DNA from: Mayamaea pseudoterrestris
Taxonomy: Eukaryota
Direction of reading: 5' to 3'
Assembly: GCA_027923505.1 (NCBI GenBank)
Contig: BROI01000024.1
Span: forward strand, 248,001 to 312,000
Length of the DNA: 64,000 bases
Shown here: one piece after another, positions 39,719-51,385 of the stretch
Layout of the letters: each line of letters opens with the position of its first letter
Position numbering within the stretch: the first letter of the stretch is position 1
Program-made: the position numbers and the translations under genes
The notes under the pieces: generated by a model
What the model was told of the DNA's origin: nothing
The model's input: the letters and a program-made list of their open reading frames with translations, nothing else
Databases searched by the model: none

Positions 39719-40333
39719 GTGAACTTCCTGGTCCCCTTTTACACGCAGCGTGGGTACAATCTTGGATCAGCTTGCCAGTGTCTGCGTTATATTCACAAAT
39801 CACATTCCTTGCTCGCAGTTTCCCTTCCCATCCAAAAACTTTTGCCCGTCATGCTTATCCGTCTTATGATGCTGGAAGATTATGGTATCAAAAAGGTTTC
39901 GCGAGATATCGCTGCCACATTTGCAGGGCTCAACAGCCAAAGCGCCGCATTTCGTATTTTGTTTATGACATTGCTGGATGATGGAATGATTGACATTTCA
40001 ATGGGAATGGTGCGCTTAACCGAGGCTGGCAAGTCCTTTGTGAATGTGCCGTCTTCCACTGACGCGAATGAGGCTTTGCATCGCCTGCAGCAAATCGCTA
40101 CTATGGGGAACCAAGTCATTGCCCCCCACTCAGATGCGATTGTTGCGCGGCTTTACGACGGCCAGGAGCACTCTAAAAAAGCGCTCGCCGAGGCTTGCGG
40201 TTATAAAAACATCGATTCGCGAGGATTCAAGAGCGTCTTGATCACGTTGAAGAAGATTGGGCTTCTTGACGTGGACCCATATGTTGTAAAGCTCAAGAAC
40301 TGCGCTTTTCCGTTCGGTCCATTGACGCCTTAA
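39719..40333 (+). CDS. Hypothetical protein with two winged-helix-like repeats (5' end uncertain)
   Basis: Internally repeated pattern: R..AATFAG...F......L...GMID...VRLT and K.ALAEACG...F......L...GLLD...VKLK. Confidence 0.5.
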   Translation: MNFLVPFYTQRGYNLGSACQCLRYIHKSHSLLAVSLPIQKLLPVMLIRLMMLEDYGIKKVSRDIAATFAGLNSQSAAFRILFMTLLDDGMIDISMGMVRLTEAGKSFVNVPSSTDANEALHRLQQIATMGNQVIAPHSDAIVARLYDGQEHSKKALAEACGYKNIDSRGFKSVLITLKKIGLLDVDPYVVKLKNCAFPFGPLTP

Positions 40334-41043
40334 ATCTCAACTCCATCCCTTGACGCCTTAAATTTCGACTCCATTTTATTTATCAATGCGTATTGCGGCT
40401 TGATATGTGATGAACAACGGCTTATCCGGGTAAGATAGCTTAAATAACGGCAACAAGAGTTAATTGTAACTTCTACCAAATTCACAATGGCTTGTACTAA
40501 AATAGCGTTCTGTTTCTACCACGTTCATTCAGCGCTGGATCTTTGACATGTCAGACACAGAGCCCATGATAGAAAAGCCACTTCCGGGCGAAGCTACGCT
40601 GGCAACCGTGGAAGATTTTCACGGCGAAGTCGCTTAATTCTGTCGTCGGGCCGGAGAGTGGCTGTTCACGCCGCGTAGTCGAGGAACGACCGTTCAAGCA
40701 CCTCACAAAAGGTTGCCAACCAGAGCAAGTACGTGGATACGTCGCCAAAGCTTTCATTGCTCCTTTTCCGTCGCTCCCGCCGCATCATTCAATCAATCGC
40801 AGCGGTTTTGACGCCCAAAGATTCTTTCGACCATCGCAGCCATCAGCCATGGCGTTTGCTGCAGATGCTACTTCTGCTTTATCTAGCTGTCTAGCTGGTA
40901 AACTCTATGATTATCAAATCATAACACTACGATCGAGTCAGGTTTCTGACTAATTTGGTTTTCGCGACCTCGCAAGTGGCCGTCCTTTGCAGATTGTTGC
41001 AGATCGCAGCAGCTGAGATCCAAGATCCAACATACCTACAAGT

Positions 41044-41721
41044 ATGATGAATGCTGCAAGAGTGACCCGCATTCTTGTTATGCTCATGCTTATACATGAC
41101 TCATTATCTCTGAGACTGATGATTCAACCCATATTTGCAAAAGGCAGGCCGAGACTAAAGCGCCAGTTGACTTCGACCCTGTACGCACACGAAGAAAGTC
41201 GCCGCAATGTTCTGCAACAATGCCTACTGCTCCCAATAATCCTCTCCTGCACTACAATACATCCCACAAATGCAGTCATCATGTCTTCTAGAGAGACTCC
41301 ATTTACACCCGGAGAACTGTTGACCGTGGATCAAGCGCTCGAGCGATTCCAGAAAGGACGCGAAAGTCTCAACTACCTCATTCAACACTACGCTGAAGTG
41401 CAAGCGAACGGCGGCGGCGACAATATACGTCGGTACTTGGGAACCGTTGGAACGTCATCCGGCCTCTACGGCATTTCCAAAGTCATGCGATCACTTCAAC
41501 ACGCCGCCGACGTGGACTTGGTCGAATTTACCGAGTGCATGACGGAGATTGAACAAGCCATTCAGCAGGCGGATGGATCGGCGTACATGGCCATTTTCGT
41601 GACAACATCCACGAGTGGAGTTTCACCGGAAAAGTATTATGGTGACGCTTTGATTGAAGCCAAGCGTGCCGCCAGGAGTATGGATGAAATGGCAGCGTTG
41701 CTGGGACTTGCCGTAGAGTGA
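41044..41721 (+). CDS. Putative plastid thylakoid-lumen protein
   Basis: Signal peptide, transit-like region, twin-Arg RRNVL + hydrophobic + TNA cleavage site; helical mature part with DNIRRYLGTVG. Confidence 0.55.
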   Translation: MMNAARVTRILVMLMLIHDSLSLRLMIQPIFAKGRPRLKRQLTSTLYAHEESRRNVLQQCLLLPIILSCTTIHPTNAVIMSSRETPFTPGELLTVDQALERFQKGRESLNYLIQHYAEVQANGGGDNIRRYLGTVGTSSGLYGISKVMRSLQHAADVDLVEFTECMTEIEQAIQQADGSAYMAIFVTTSTSGVSPEKYYGDALIEAKRAARSMDEMAALLGLAVE

Positions 41722-42004
41722 CGGAAAGAATAAACTGACAAAAGACGATAAGCCTGGTTGACGTCTTTTCTGAGATTCACTCATAAACAAGGTGAAATGT
41801 TGTATGGTTGTGCTTTAGTATTACTTACATTCACGCATCATGAAGCATAACTGCTATTTCCCTATCACCAGTAGATCGCTCATAATTGGTACTTGTACAG
41901 TAGCTGGCGTCATAACGGGACTAAACACGAGCCGTCGAAACGCCCAAATTTGACCGTCTCGTTCACAATCTCGAGAAACCGGTTGACCTTTGCACCTCAT
42001 CACC

Positions 42005-43405
42005 ATGTACGTTCATTGGGCTGTAGAGTGAGAGTCGATTTGCACTAAATGTATTAAGACCCTTATGACGATTGATGTATACGCAAAAATGGAAGTTGCG
42101 ATGCGAAACGGGATCAGACGGCGATCATTCCGACGACACTTCTAGATGGACCACTTACCGCTTTACTAGAATGTTCATTATACCTGCAATACCCCTTTAA
42201 CATGCCATACTACCTCTTAATTCTATAATTACAGGTCTCACCGCAAGTTTGAAGCTCCCCGCAAGGGAAGTTTGGGTTTCTTGCCCAAGAAGCGCACCTT
42301 GAAGCACACTGGTCACGTTCGCTCCTTTCCGCGCGACAATGCTTCCGACGCGCCGCACTTGACGGCCTTTCGCGGCTACAAGGCTGGCATGACGCACGTG
42401 GTCCGCGCCGTGGATCGTCCTGGTGCACTCATGCACAAGCGCGAAGTTGTGGATGCCGTTAGCATCATTGAAACGCCACCCATGGTGGTGGTCGGTATCG
42501 TCGGATACGTTGAAACCCCGCAGGGACTTCGCACCCTCACGACTGTCTTTGCCGAGCACTTGTCGGAGGAGTTCAAGCGCCGCTGCTACAAGAACTGGTA
42601 CCAGAGCAAGAAGAAGGCTTACACCAAGTACGCGGCCAAGTACCAAAAGGATGGCGGCAAGGAGATTGAAGCCGAGATTGACCGCATCAAGAAGCACTGC
42701 TCGGTCGTTCGCGTCATTGCGCACTCGCAGGTCAAGAAGCTTGGACTTCGCGTCAAGAAGGCTCATATCATGGAGATCCAGATCAACGGAGGTGACGCGA
42801 CTGCCAAGGTTGACTATGCCAAGGCATTGCTTGAAAAGGAGGTTACGGTTGACTCGGTCTTTTCCCTTGAGGAGCAGGTGGATGTTATTGGAGTCACCAA
42901 GGGTCGCGGGTACGAGGGCGTTGTCACTCGTTGGGGTGTTACGCGTTTACCACGAAAGACGCATCGCGGTCTCCGCAAGGTTGCCTGCATTGGATCATGG
43001 CATCCTGCCCGCGTCAGTACGACGGTTGCTCGCGCTGGTCAGAATGGGTACCATCACCGTACCGAGATGAACAAGAAGATTTACCGCATTGGTAAGAAGG
43101 GAGACGAAGCTTCATGCCAGACGGAAGCTGACTTAACCAAGAAGAGCATTACGCCCATGGGTGGCTTTGTCCACTATGGTGTTGTTCGTGAGGACTGGCT
43201 CATGCTCAAGGGTGCTGTTGTTGGTGTCAAGAAGCGTCCATTGATTCTTCGCAAGGCCTTGATGAAGCATTCGTCGCGCAAGCATTTGGAGAAGATCGAT
43301 ATCAAGTTCATCGATACATCCTCCAAGCTTGGGCATGGTCGCTTCCAGACTGCAGAGGAGAAGGCCAAGTTCTTGGGTCCGTTGGCGTCCAAGCAGAATC
43401 AGTAA
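42005..43405 (+). CDS. RPL3: 60S ribosomal protein L3; intron 42007-42234 splits the ATG
   Basis: AT|G TCT CAC CGC AAG gives [45 protein letters not shown]. Confidence 0.97.
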
Positions 43406-43620
43406 ATGTTGGATTACGGTTATTCCGATATGGTAATGGCTTGTGGATTTTAAACTTATTAGCATTGCTGCTCTGACTTGGAATGCTATTATGTAGGTGT
43501 AAATTCTTCATAACGCTAGTCCCAAGACGGTATACTAAAATAACTTGGAACTGAGCGACAGGTATACAAAGATATCGCAAATGGTAATACTACAAGCCAG
43601 CCCTAGACGTGACTTGCTAA

Positions 43621-45622
43621 TTACTCAATGACCTCCTCATAGTAAGTGATTTCATCGTAATCTGCATCTTCGTCCGAAAATTCCACACTCGAAGCAAACC
43701 CCGAGCCGGCATCATCTTCATTGTCATCCGATGATGGATCGCCATCGTCGTCATCCGTATCAGTATCCAAAGCCTTCATGGCTTCCATGCGGCGCTGCCG
43801 CTCGGCTGCCTCAATCTTGGCCTGCTCACCCATGACGCGCCGTAGCTCGTGCATGAGGGATCGTTCTCTCACAGTCAATTCGTCAACGGTGGATTTGAGG
43901 TGAGCAACTTCAGAGTTCTTCTCCTGCAAAGAATCCAGCATGTGCGAAACTTCGTCTTGCAACGTTTCCATGACTCGCGTGCTGACAAAATGCTGCACCG
44001 TGCCATCGTCAGCAGTTTCCTCGCGCGAGTAGTCATTTATATATTCCGACATTTTATCTTCCAACAGCGACCGTCGATGGTTTGATCGACGACTTGAAAG
44101 CTGCGCATTTCGTCGTCGACGTTCCGAGTAATCCTCGGGCACGTGATCGTCACCGCCATCATTGTCGTCAGTCGCGTCGTCGTCGTCGTCGTCGTCATCA
44201 TCATCGTCATTCTCTTGAACAGCCTCCACCAGTCTGTCTAGCTGCTCATCCAGCACGGCTTGTACCTGTTCAATTGCCGTCATGGCATCATCCTGTATTG
44301 TATCGAGTCGTTCCAGCAACGCTTCGTCGTCGGGCTTGATGCCAACGTAAACTTTATCATTCTGCAAGCAAAATAGATTGTTGCGTAGCTTGAGCTCGAT
44401 CAACATTAAGCTCACTTTGATCTGACCATGTATCAAAGCGGTAGTTTCAACGGTTGATAGTACTTGCTCGTGCTCGTCAGTCACGGGTTGATTGTTGTTT
44501 GGTGTCAGCGCTTGAATGACTCCGTCCAATTGCTGCATCGTAGACCCAGCCTTTTCCCACATTGACGCAACATGCTCCAGTGTTTCCGTAGCTTCCTCGC
44601 GATCTTGCTGCACTTGCTCCAGCATTTGCGTCGTTGCATTGGTGGAGCGCGTTGTTCAGTTCCGACTGCAGTTGCTCCACTTGTTTCGCCAAATCCTTGC
44701 GGTCCTGCGTCGCTTGGTCAATGGCACTTTTCGCATGCCGCTTCTCTGCAAGCAGCTCTGCATTGAGTTTCGAGTAATCCTTTTTGAGCCGATGTAGCTC
44801 CTTTTGTAAGCGTTTGACTTCGTTTGATGACGGAGCAGCAGCGAGTGCTCTTTCAACGACAGGCGGCGGAGGCGGCGCCGCATCAATTACACTTTTCTGT
44901 TGTTGCTCCGCCGCTTGCAGTTGCACTCTTAAATGATCGCGCTCCTTCTCCAATTGTGATATTTGATTTTTCCAGTGCACTTGCGACTGCGTTTTGGTTG
45001 CCATGAGCGTCGCCAGCTCGTCCTTGTAAGTTTTCACCATGGCGTCGCCCGACGATTGCACCAGACTCACTTGCGCGTGCAAGAGTCGCACCATTTTCTC
45101 CTGCTGCTCCAATGATTGCACCAGTTCCTGCACCTCATTCAGTGACTGCGGCAGTGGTCGCAGCGAACGTTGCAAATTATCGTCTTGCGGCACATGAAGA
45201 AGCTTGTGGAGACGGTCCTGCAGCATCTGTTTATCGTGTTGCATTTTCTCCCGTTCAAGGTTCCACCAGTAACGTTCCTCGGCATGCTTGGCAAACATTT
45301 GATTCAATTGTTCCGTCAAGTCATGAATGGCGTGTTGATTGTTGTCGCCAGTGTGATTGTTACTGTTGGATTGAATGTTGGAACAAGTGACATCAACCGA
45401 TGCAAGTTGAAAGGCACTTTCATTGTCAGCAGAAATAGTCACAGCTCGCTTGGAAGCGCTTGGTCGAGTCGGAGACGCATGCAGTGGCTTGTTTCGTATT
45501 GGATTGATCGGCTTTTTCGGCTTTACTGGCGATGTAGTAGGAGTCACGTTGTTCGAGCTCATGCTTCTGGCTTTATGTATCGCGTGGCGTGGCTTAATGT
45601 CGAAAGCAGAATTTGTCGTCAA
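43621..45622 (-). CDS. Long coiled-coil protein with acidic tail, broken by an apparent frameshift near 44650
   Basis: Overlapping ORFs 44477-45622 and 43621-44625 have continuous coiled-coil character; no plausible intron at the junction. Confidence 0.55.
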
Positions 45623-46099
45623 ACGCTGCCTCGGAAATAGTTTGATCTTCAGGTTACAGTCGTTTCATCCGTCTTTACAACAAGAGGTATAGTTTGCTGC
45701 TGTTCATCTTTGTTTTGTGTTTACTTGGATGACCACATTCTCGCTTTGCGATCTTGTCGTAATCTTGGGTGGAGTCTTTTCAGAAACGCTTAAGTGTGTT
45801 TTAGCCTGGCTCGCTCGCCTTTAAGTCTTACCGGTTTTGACCTCCCCACCACAAAAGGTCGATGGATCGATCGGATCCAATGCTTTCGACGCAGCTGCTG
45901 CTTTTGAGCTCGTATTGATTGCAGTTTAACTTTTACAAGGCTACTAATATCTATTATTCAACGAAGCTTCATTCAGTCGCTACTTTGGAGTCTATATATT
46001 ACCAAGTCAGTCGCGCAGCAAGACCCTTTGCTATCCTCGCAAATCACATCGACACGAACGTTTCAGATATCCATCAACTAAAACAGAGAAACATTCATC

Positions 46100-47323
46100 A
46101 TGGTCAAGAACTGGGCCGATCAGTCGAGCGACGACGAGGAAGATGCGCGCGAGCGTCACGTCATGCTGGACCAGGACATGGAGGCGCTCCAGCAGCAGCC
46201 CCATCGTCCCGAAGCTACGGACTATGCCGACTACGACGACCATGACGCTCCAGCACCATCCAAGGAACGCACTTACGAGTTTCCGAATGAACCTCCCTAC
46301 ACGGCGTACATTGGTAACGTGGCGTACACTGTTACCGATCCAGCCGAGCTGGCCGATGCCATGGTGGCACTCGCCAAGGAGCATTTGAACTTGGATATAG
46401 TGGTGACGAATCCTCGCATTGCCATTGATCGGCGCGAAACGCCGCCCAAGCCGCGCGGCTTTGGCTACGTGACGGTGGAGACGCTGGATCAACTAAAGAG
46501 ACTCATGGAGCTCAACGACAAGGATATTAAGCTTGCCAATCGCAACATTCAAGTCAATGTTGCGGCGCAGCATCGGGGACAAGACAAGCAGCAGCATCAG
46601 CAGCGTAGTGGTGGCGGCGGCGGCAACTACCGCGACCGCAACGACCATCGCCGCAGCTCCGAGACGCACGACGCGCCAAAGTGGGACCGCAACCAGAAGC
46701 AGTCGGCGCGGACGGACCGTCATGACGATGCAGCGGCAGATGCAGCAGTCGACGGCAGCAAGTTTCGCGGCGGCCGCTACCAACACAAGCGCGAGCCGCA
46801 GGCGCCAAACGACAGCGTTGCAGTTGACGCTGCGCCACCAGCGGGACCTCGTCCGCAGCTCAAGCTGCTGCCGCGCACCAAGCCAGTCGAGTCTACTGTA
46901 AGTGGTGGATCGCAGTCGACTCTGTTTGGAGGAGCCAAGCCGCGCGATGAAAGTAGCTGGCAGAAGAAACATTTGGATGAAGGGAGTGGTCGAGGACGTG
47001 GTAATAGTGCCAGAGGAGACGGTGGTCGGGGCACTGGACGAGGTGACGGACGCGGCGGTCGCAGTGAGGGACGCGGAGAGGTTAGTCGTAGCAGTGGTGG
47101 TCAAGGAGGTGCTCGCAGTGGCAGAGGCGAGGGACGTGGTGGCCGAGGACGTGACGGCGCTGATCGCAAGCCTGCAAGCTCGGAAAAGCCCAAGCGTGAG
47201 CCCAGAGTAACTCAGCCAAAGGTTGCTAGCGAATCAAAGCAGGCTGAAGCGGAACCGGAGAAGAAGAAGGAAGTTGTCACGAACAAGTTTGCGGCGCTTG
47301 GCTTTGATTCTGACTCGGATTAG
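46100..47323 (+). CDS. eIF4B: Translation initiation factor eIF4B-like (RRM + RGG)
   Basis: NWAD, PPYTAYIGNV, PRGFGYV, RPQLKLLPRTKP, LFGGAKPRDE, NKFAAL. Confidence 0.8.
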   Translation: MVKNWADQSSDDEEDARERHVMLDQDMEALQQQPHRPEATDYADYDDHDAPAPSKERTYEFPNEPPYTAYIGNVAYTVTDPAELADAMVALAKEHLNLDIVVTNPRIAIDRRETPPKPRGFGYVTVETLDQLKRLMELNDKDIKLANRNIQVNVAAQHRGQDKQQHQQRSGGGGGNYRDRNDHRRSSETHDAPKWDRNQKQSARTDRHDDAAADAAVDGSKFRGGRYQHKREPQAPNDSVAVDAAPPAGPRPQLKLLPRTKPVESTVSGGSQSTLFGGAKPRDESSWQKKHLDEGSGRGRGNSARGDGGRGTGRGDGRGGRSEGRGEVSRSSGGQGGARSGRGEGRGGRGRDGADRKPASSEKPKREPRVTQPKVASESKQAEAEPEKKKEVVTNKFAALGFDSDSD

Positions 47324-47740
47324 GTGCACTGATGCGCTATTTGGTTATATATGAGACGACATTGTTCGTCTGTTTGCTGTGGGAAATCTGTATAACGCGT
47401 ACTTGGTACTTAGTATAAGCTTGTGATTTGACTTGACGTTTCTTCGTCGCCTCTTTATCCGCGGTAGCGTTTAGTGACACATCCTCTGTCTTTCTCAAAC
47501 AAAACGAGCATCGGACTTACTCAATACCGGCATTGTAGTTGTAAATTGATACGGGGTACGGGTTTAACATTGTGCATAGAGGCTTGGCAGTCCGAGTCCG
47601 AACTACGACCTTCTCGTCCGAAAAGCAGCCGCTACAATGTCAGTCACAAACAAACAATAAAAGCAAAAAAGATCTATAATACACAGTTGATAAAGTTGTA
47701 TTCGTCATGGCGAGAGAATTCCCGTAAAAGAAAGACTTAT

Positions 47741-48283
47741 TCATTCTTCCTCTTCCGGCAAGCCCGTCGTCTTGCCGCCGCCAATCTTTTCCACCTTTTC
47801 TGGCTTTTCTCCCTTGACAGCTTCTCTATATTTTCCTAAATATATTTTCAGTGGTTCCACATACTTGTCAAACCCCAGTGTCGACATGGCCCATAGCAAG
47901 TCATCGCCATTGATGGTTTTGCGCTTCTCCTGCAAGCACTTGTCGCTGGCTTCCGATGTAATGAAGGAAATAAACTCGGAGACGCACTCCTGGACCGTCT
48001 CTTTGGAGTCCTTGGCAATCTTTGCATTCTCAGGTAGTGTATTCTTCATTATGCGAGCAATATTGGCAATTGGCAAGTATCGATCCTGTTGTTTTGGAAA
48101 AAATGAACGAATGAGGAAACGGACACGAAACGACGGAATCGCTGTAGCAGCGAGGCTGGCGTCAAGGAAGATTAAACCATGTCATACCTGCTCTCGAATC
48201 TCTTCAAATTCATCACCTCCTTGCGTCGTTGCTTTCGATCCATCTGCATCGCCCATGCTCGACATGATCGCGTTCGGATCCAT
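47741..48283 (-). CDS. NFYB: Nuclear transcription factor Y subunit B; exons 48283-48188 and 48085-47741
   Basis: [17 protein letters not shown]...[23 protein letters not shown]...[13 protein letters not shown]. Confidence 0.95.
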
Positions 48284-48689
48284 TATAAGTTTGTATTTGT
48301 GAAGAAAATGGGGAGAAAGTAGTCGTCTCGCTGTAAGGCTATCGAACCTAGAATCTGTGCCGTTTTGTAGATTGTCTAGAAGAGTCGAATGCGAAAGGGA
48401 GAGAGTATTAAAGCTTTCAAAGCAGTTGTATTTGACAGAGATTGAACCAATCCAGTTCGTGCCTCGGCATGGATGCTTTCGTGTTCGTGCGCGCGAAGGC
48501 TTCCGAAATGCTGCCACGTGGAAGCACGACGAAGAATTGGTTGGCTTTCGTGGATATGGCTCATGACCAGATTCATGTCGGAGCGTTTCTCGTTTCGATC
48601 GGCACTCGACCATGGCGATCATCGCATTGCAAGCGCCAGCAGGAAGCTTCAAACTGCGATTTCTTGACAATTTTTGACAAGAATGAACA

Positions 48690-50108
48690 ATGACAAAGAA
48701 AATAAGCAAACGAAAGCACCGAATCGCAATGGTATGCGATTTTTTCTATCCCAAGCTCGGAGGCGTGGAGAATCACATTTTGAGTCTATCGCATCACCTC
48801 ATTCGACTCGGACACAAGGTCATTGTCATTACACATGCCTACGGTAACCGAAAGGGAGTCAGATACTTGTCAGACTCTTTGAAAGTCTATAACTGTCCAT
48901 TCATACCAATGACGGATCGAGATTCCTTGCCAACCTTTATGGCGACTCTTCCTCTCATGCGATCCATTTTATTGCGCGAAAACATTGAAATAGTCCATGC
49001 ACATCAAGCTACCAGTACCATGGCGAACGAATCCATCGTCTATGGCTCAGCCCTTGGTCTTAAAACAGTCTATACCGACCATTCCCTCTTTGGCTTTGCC
49101 GACCTTGGTTCTGTGGTTTTGAACCGCGTGCTGCAGGCCACCACGAGCACGCTGGACGCTGCCGTTTGCGTGTCACATACTTGTCGCGACAATTTCATAC
49201 TGCGGGCGCGCGTGCGGCAGACAAGTAAGGTAGTAGTCATTCCAAACGCCATTGATCCCTTTCACTTTACTCCGGCGACTGCAAACGAACGAGATTATGC
49301 TGCTTCGACGTTGACCAACAACAGTTACAATACGCAACGCATCAAGATTGTCGTTGTCTCGCGACTCGTCTATCGCAAGGGCGTCGACATTTTGGTGGGT
49401 GTCATTCCCATAATTTGTCGCGCATGTCCCCACGTGGACTTTATCATTGGCGGCGACGGAGCCAAGCTCTTGCTGCTGCAGGAAATGGTGGAGCGAGACC
49501 GACTGGAAGGTCGCGTCGAATTTTTGGGCGCCGTGCCACACGCGCAGGTGCGAAATGTTTTGATTCGGGGTCACGTGTTTCTGAACTGCTCCCTGACCGA
49601 GTCGTTTTGTATAGCGATATTGGAGGCGGCGAGCTGTGGACTGGCTGTGGTTTCGACAAACGTTGGTGGAGTGCCAGAAGTGTTGCCGGGCGATTTGATA
49701 CTGCTGGCGAATCCGAATGTGGGCGACATGGTGGTTCGCCTCCAACAAGCCATTGAGAGTCAATCGAACCCAAAGACTGCACTGGATCCGTACAAGACGC
49801 ACGAACGCATCAAGGAAATGTATTCCTGGAGTCGCGTCGCACTTGAAACAGTTCGAGTGTACGATCGCGTTATGGAACAGAAAAGTCTCGACTTGTGGGA
49901 ACGGTTACAGTGCTACAACGCCATGGGAGGCTTGACTGGCGTTGTGGTTTGCTGTTTGGTGCTTATGTTTCAGGTTTGGTTTTACGTCGTGGAATGGTGG
50001 CTGCCCGCTCGTTCCATTGAAGTGGTTCCAGATCTGACGCAATCACTGCCGAGTAAAGACAGCCATGCTACCTCGTCAAGTGCAACGAAGATAGAACATA
50101 TAGAATAG
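48690..50108 (+). CDS. PIGA: Phosphatidylinositol N-acetylglucosaminyltransferase subunit A
   Basis: MVCDFFYPKLGGVENHI, TDHSLFGFAD, RLVYRKG, FLNCSLTESFCIAILEAASCGL; C-terminal TM. Confidence 0.95.
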   Translation: MTKKISKRKHRIAMVCDFFYPKLGGVENHILSLSHHLIRLGHKVIVITHAYGNRKGVRYLSDSLKVYNCPFIPMTDRDSLPTFMATLPLMRSILLRENIEIVHAHQATSTMANESIVYGSALGLKTVYTDHSLFGFADLGSVVLNRVLQATTSTLDAAVCVSHTCRDNFILRARVRQTSKVVVIPNAIDPFHFTPATANERDYAASTLTNNSYNTQRIKIVVVSRLVYRKGVDILVGVIPIICRACPHVDFIIGGDGAKLLLLQEMVERDRLEGRVEFLGAVPHAQVRNVLIRGHVFLNCSLTESFCIAILEAASCGLAVVSTNVGGVPEVLPGDLILLANPNVGDMVVRLQQAIESQSNPKTALDPYKTHERIKEMYSWSRVALETVRVYDRVMEQKSLDLWERLQCYNAMGGLTGVVVCCLVLMFQVWFYVVEWWLPARSIEVVPDLTQSLPSKDSHATSSSATKIEHIE

Positions 50109-50181
50109 AGTATGGCATCACGACCACGAATAGATCTCCATAATAACTAAAATGATTAGAAATCGCTCATTCTGTCATATT

Positions 50182-51111
50182 TTACTCGTAAACCCAAGCG
50201 TCAACACTCTTGGCGTAATCATTGACTCCCTCTGGAAACCACATTTCAAGCTCATTTTGGGCGCTCTCTGGTGAGTCCGATCCTGTTGATAAGTAGAGCA
50301 TTTAATGAGCGAAAAATGAGAAACACGATGGGGACTTAGTCCATAGAGAAAGTAATGTCTGAACGTACCATGGCAAATGTTTCTACCCAGATCAATGGAG
50401 TAGTCTCCACGAATACTTCCTGGCTTGGAGGCCAGTGGCTGCGTCTCTCCAAGCATTTGGCGTCCTTGCTTGATAATGTCCTTGCCCTTGGGTGAGAGAG
50501 GTGCGTATGTATTCGTGAGAATTATTTTGCCGAGCAAAGCAATATTCAGAAGCAGATAACATTGCATAACATACCTCCCAACACATGCAGACAATGGGTC
50601 CACTACTAAAGAAGTTGACAAGACCAGGAAAGAAAGCCTTGGTCTTCAAGTCGCCGTAATGTTCCTCGGCCATTTCCTTCGTCGGCCATACCATCTTCAA
50701 GCCCACGAGCTTATAACCGCGCTTCTCAAAGCGTGCAATAATGTCTCCCACCAAGCCGCGCTGCACTCCATCCGGCTTGACGGCTAGAAACGTGCGCTCC
50801 TGGTTGGTGCCAGGCTTGCCTTGCACTGGAAGCGCTTCGGCGTGGGCGCGCGAGATGGAACTGGTGGCGAGCGCCAAGCCGGCAGCGGCTCCCAAAAGCC
50901 ATGGAGTTGCAGATGCATTGATTGAAGATGCAGTCAAGGTCTGTGTATGGAGGATGCAGTGCGATTAGCAACGACAATGGAGGCAGGTTGCTCGACGGCC
51001 GACGACCATCCATTTCGTTCGATAACGTACCGAAGCGGCACGGACGCTTGAGCGAGTCACATGCCCACGTGAGATGGTGGAGGAAAGGCGAGAGACGACC
51101 CGGGTGAACAT
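50182..51111 (-). CDS. NDK: Nucleoside diphosphate kinase, mitochondrial-type presequence; exons 51111-51031, 50940-50575, 50486-50369, 50282-50182
   Basis: [32 protein letters not shown]; Arg/Ser-rich N-terminus; three GT-AG introns. Confidence 0.92.
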
Positions 51112-51385
51112 AGTGAATGAAATGGTTGGTGCAAAGTGTGAGGAGGTTTTGGATAGTGCGACCACCGTTCGTCATCGATCATCGTCGACGAATCTTTTGG
51201 CGATGGATCTTGGAATACCGGTACGACATAACCGAGGTGAACATGTTCATACTTTATACTACCGTTAGTTCATGTACTACGCTAAATTAAATGTAAGACA
51301 CTAAAGGCAATAAAAGAATTCGAATGGCCACATTGATGTAGTCACAACCAGCCGCACCTCTCGCAGGCGACATTCAAATCGTGGA

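Noticed and set aside
42197..43070. Alternative-frame and antisense ORFs over RPL3 (and similar ones over eIF4B and CACYBP)
   Set aside because: Shadows of strongly codon-biased genes
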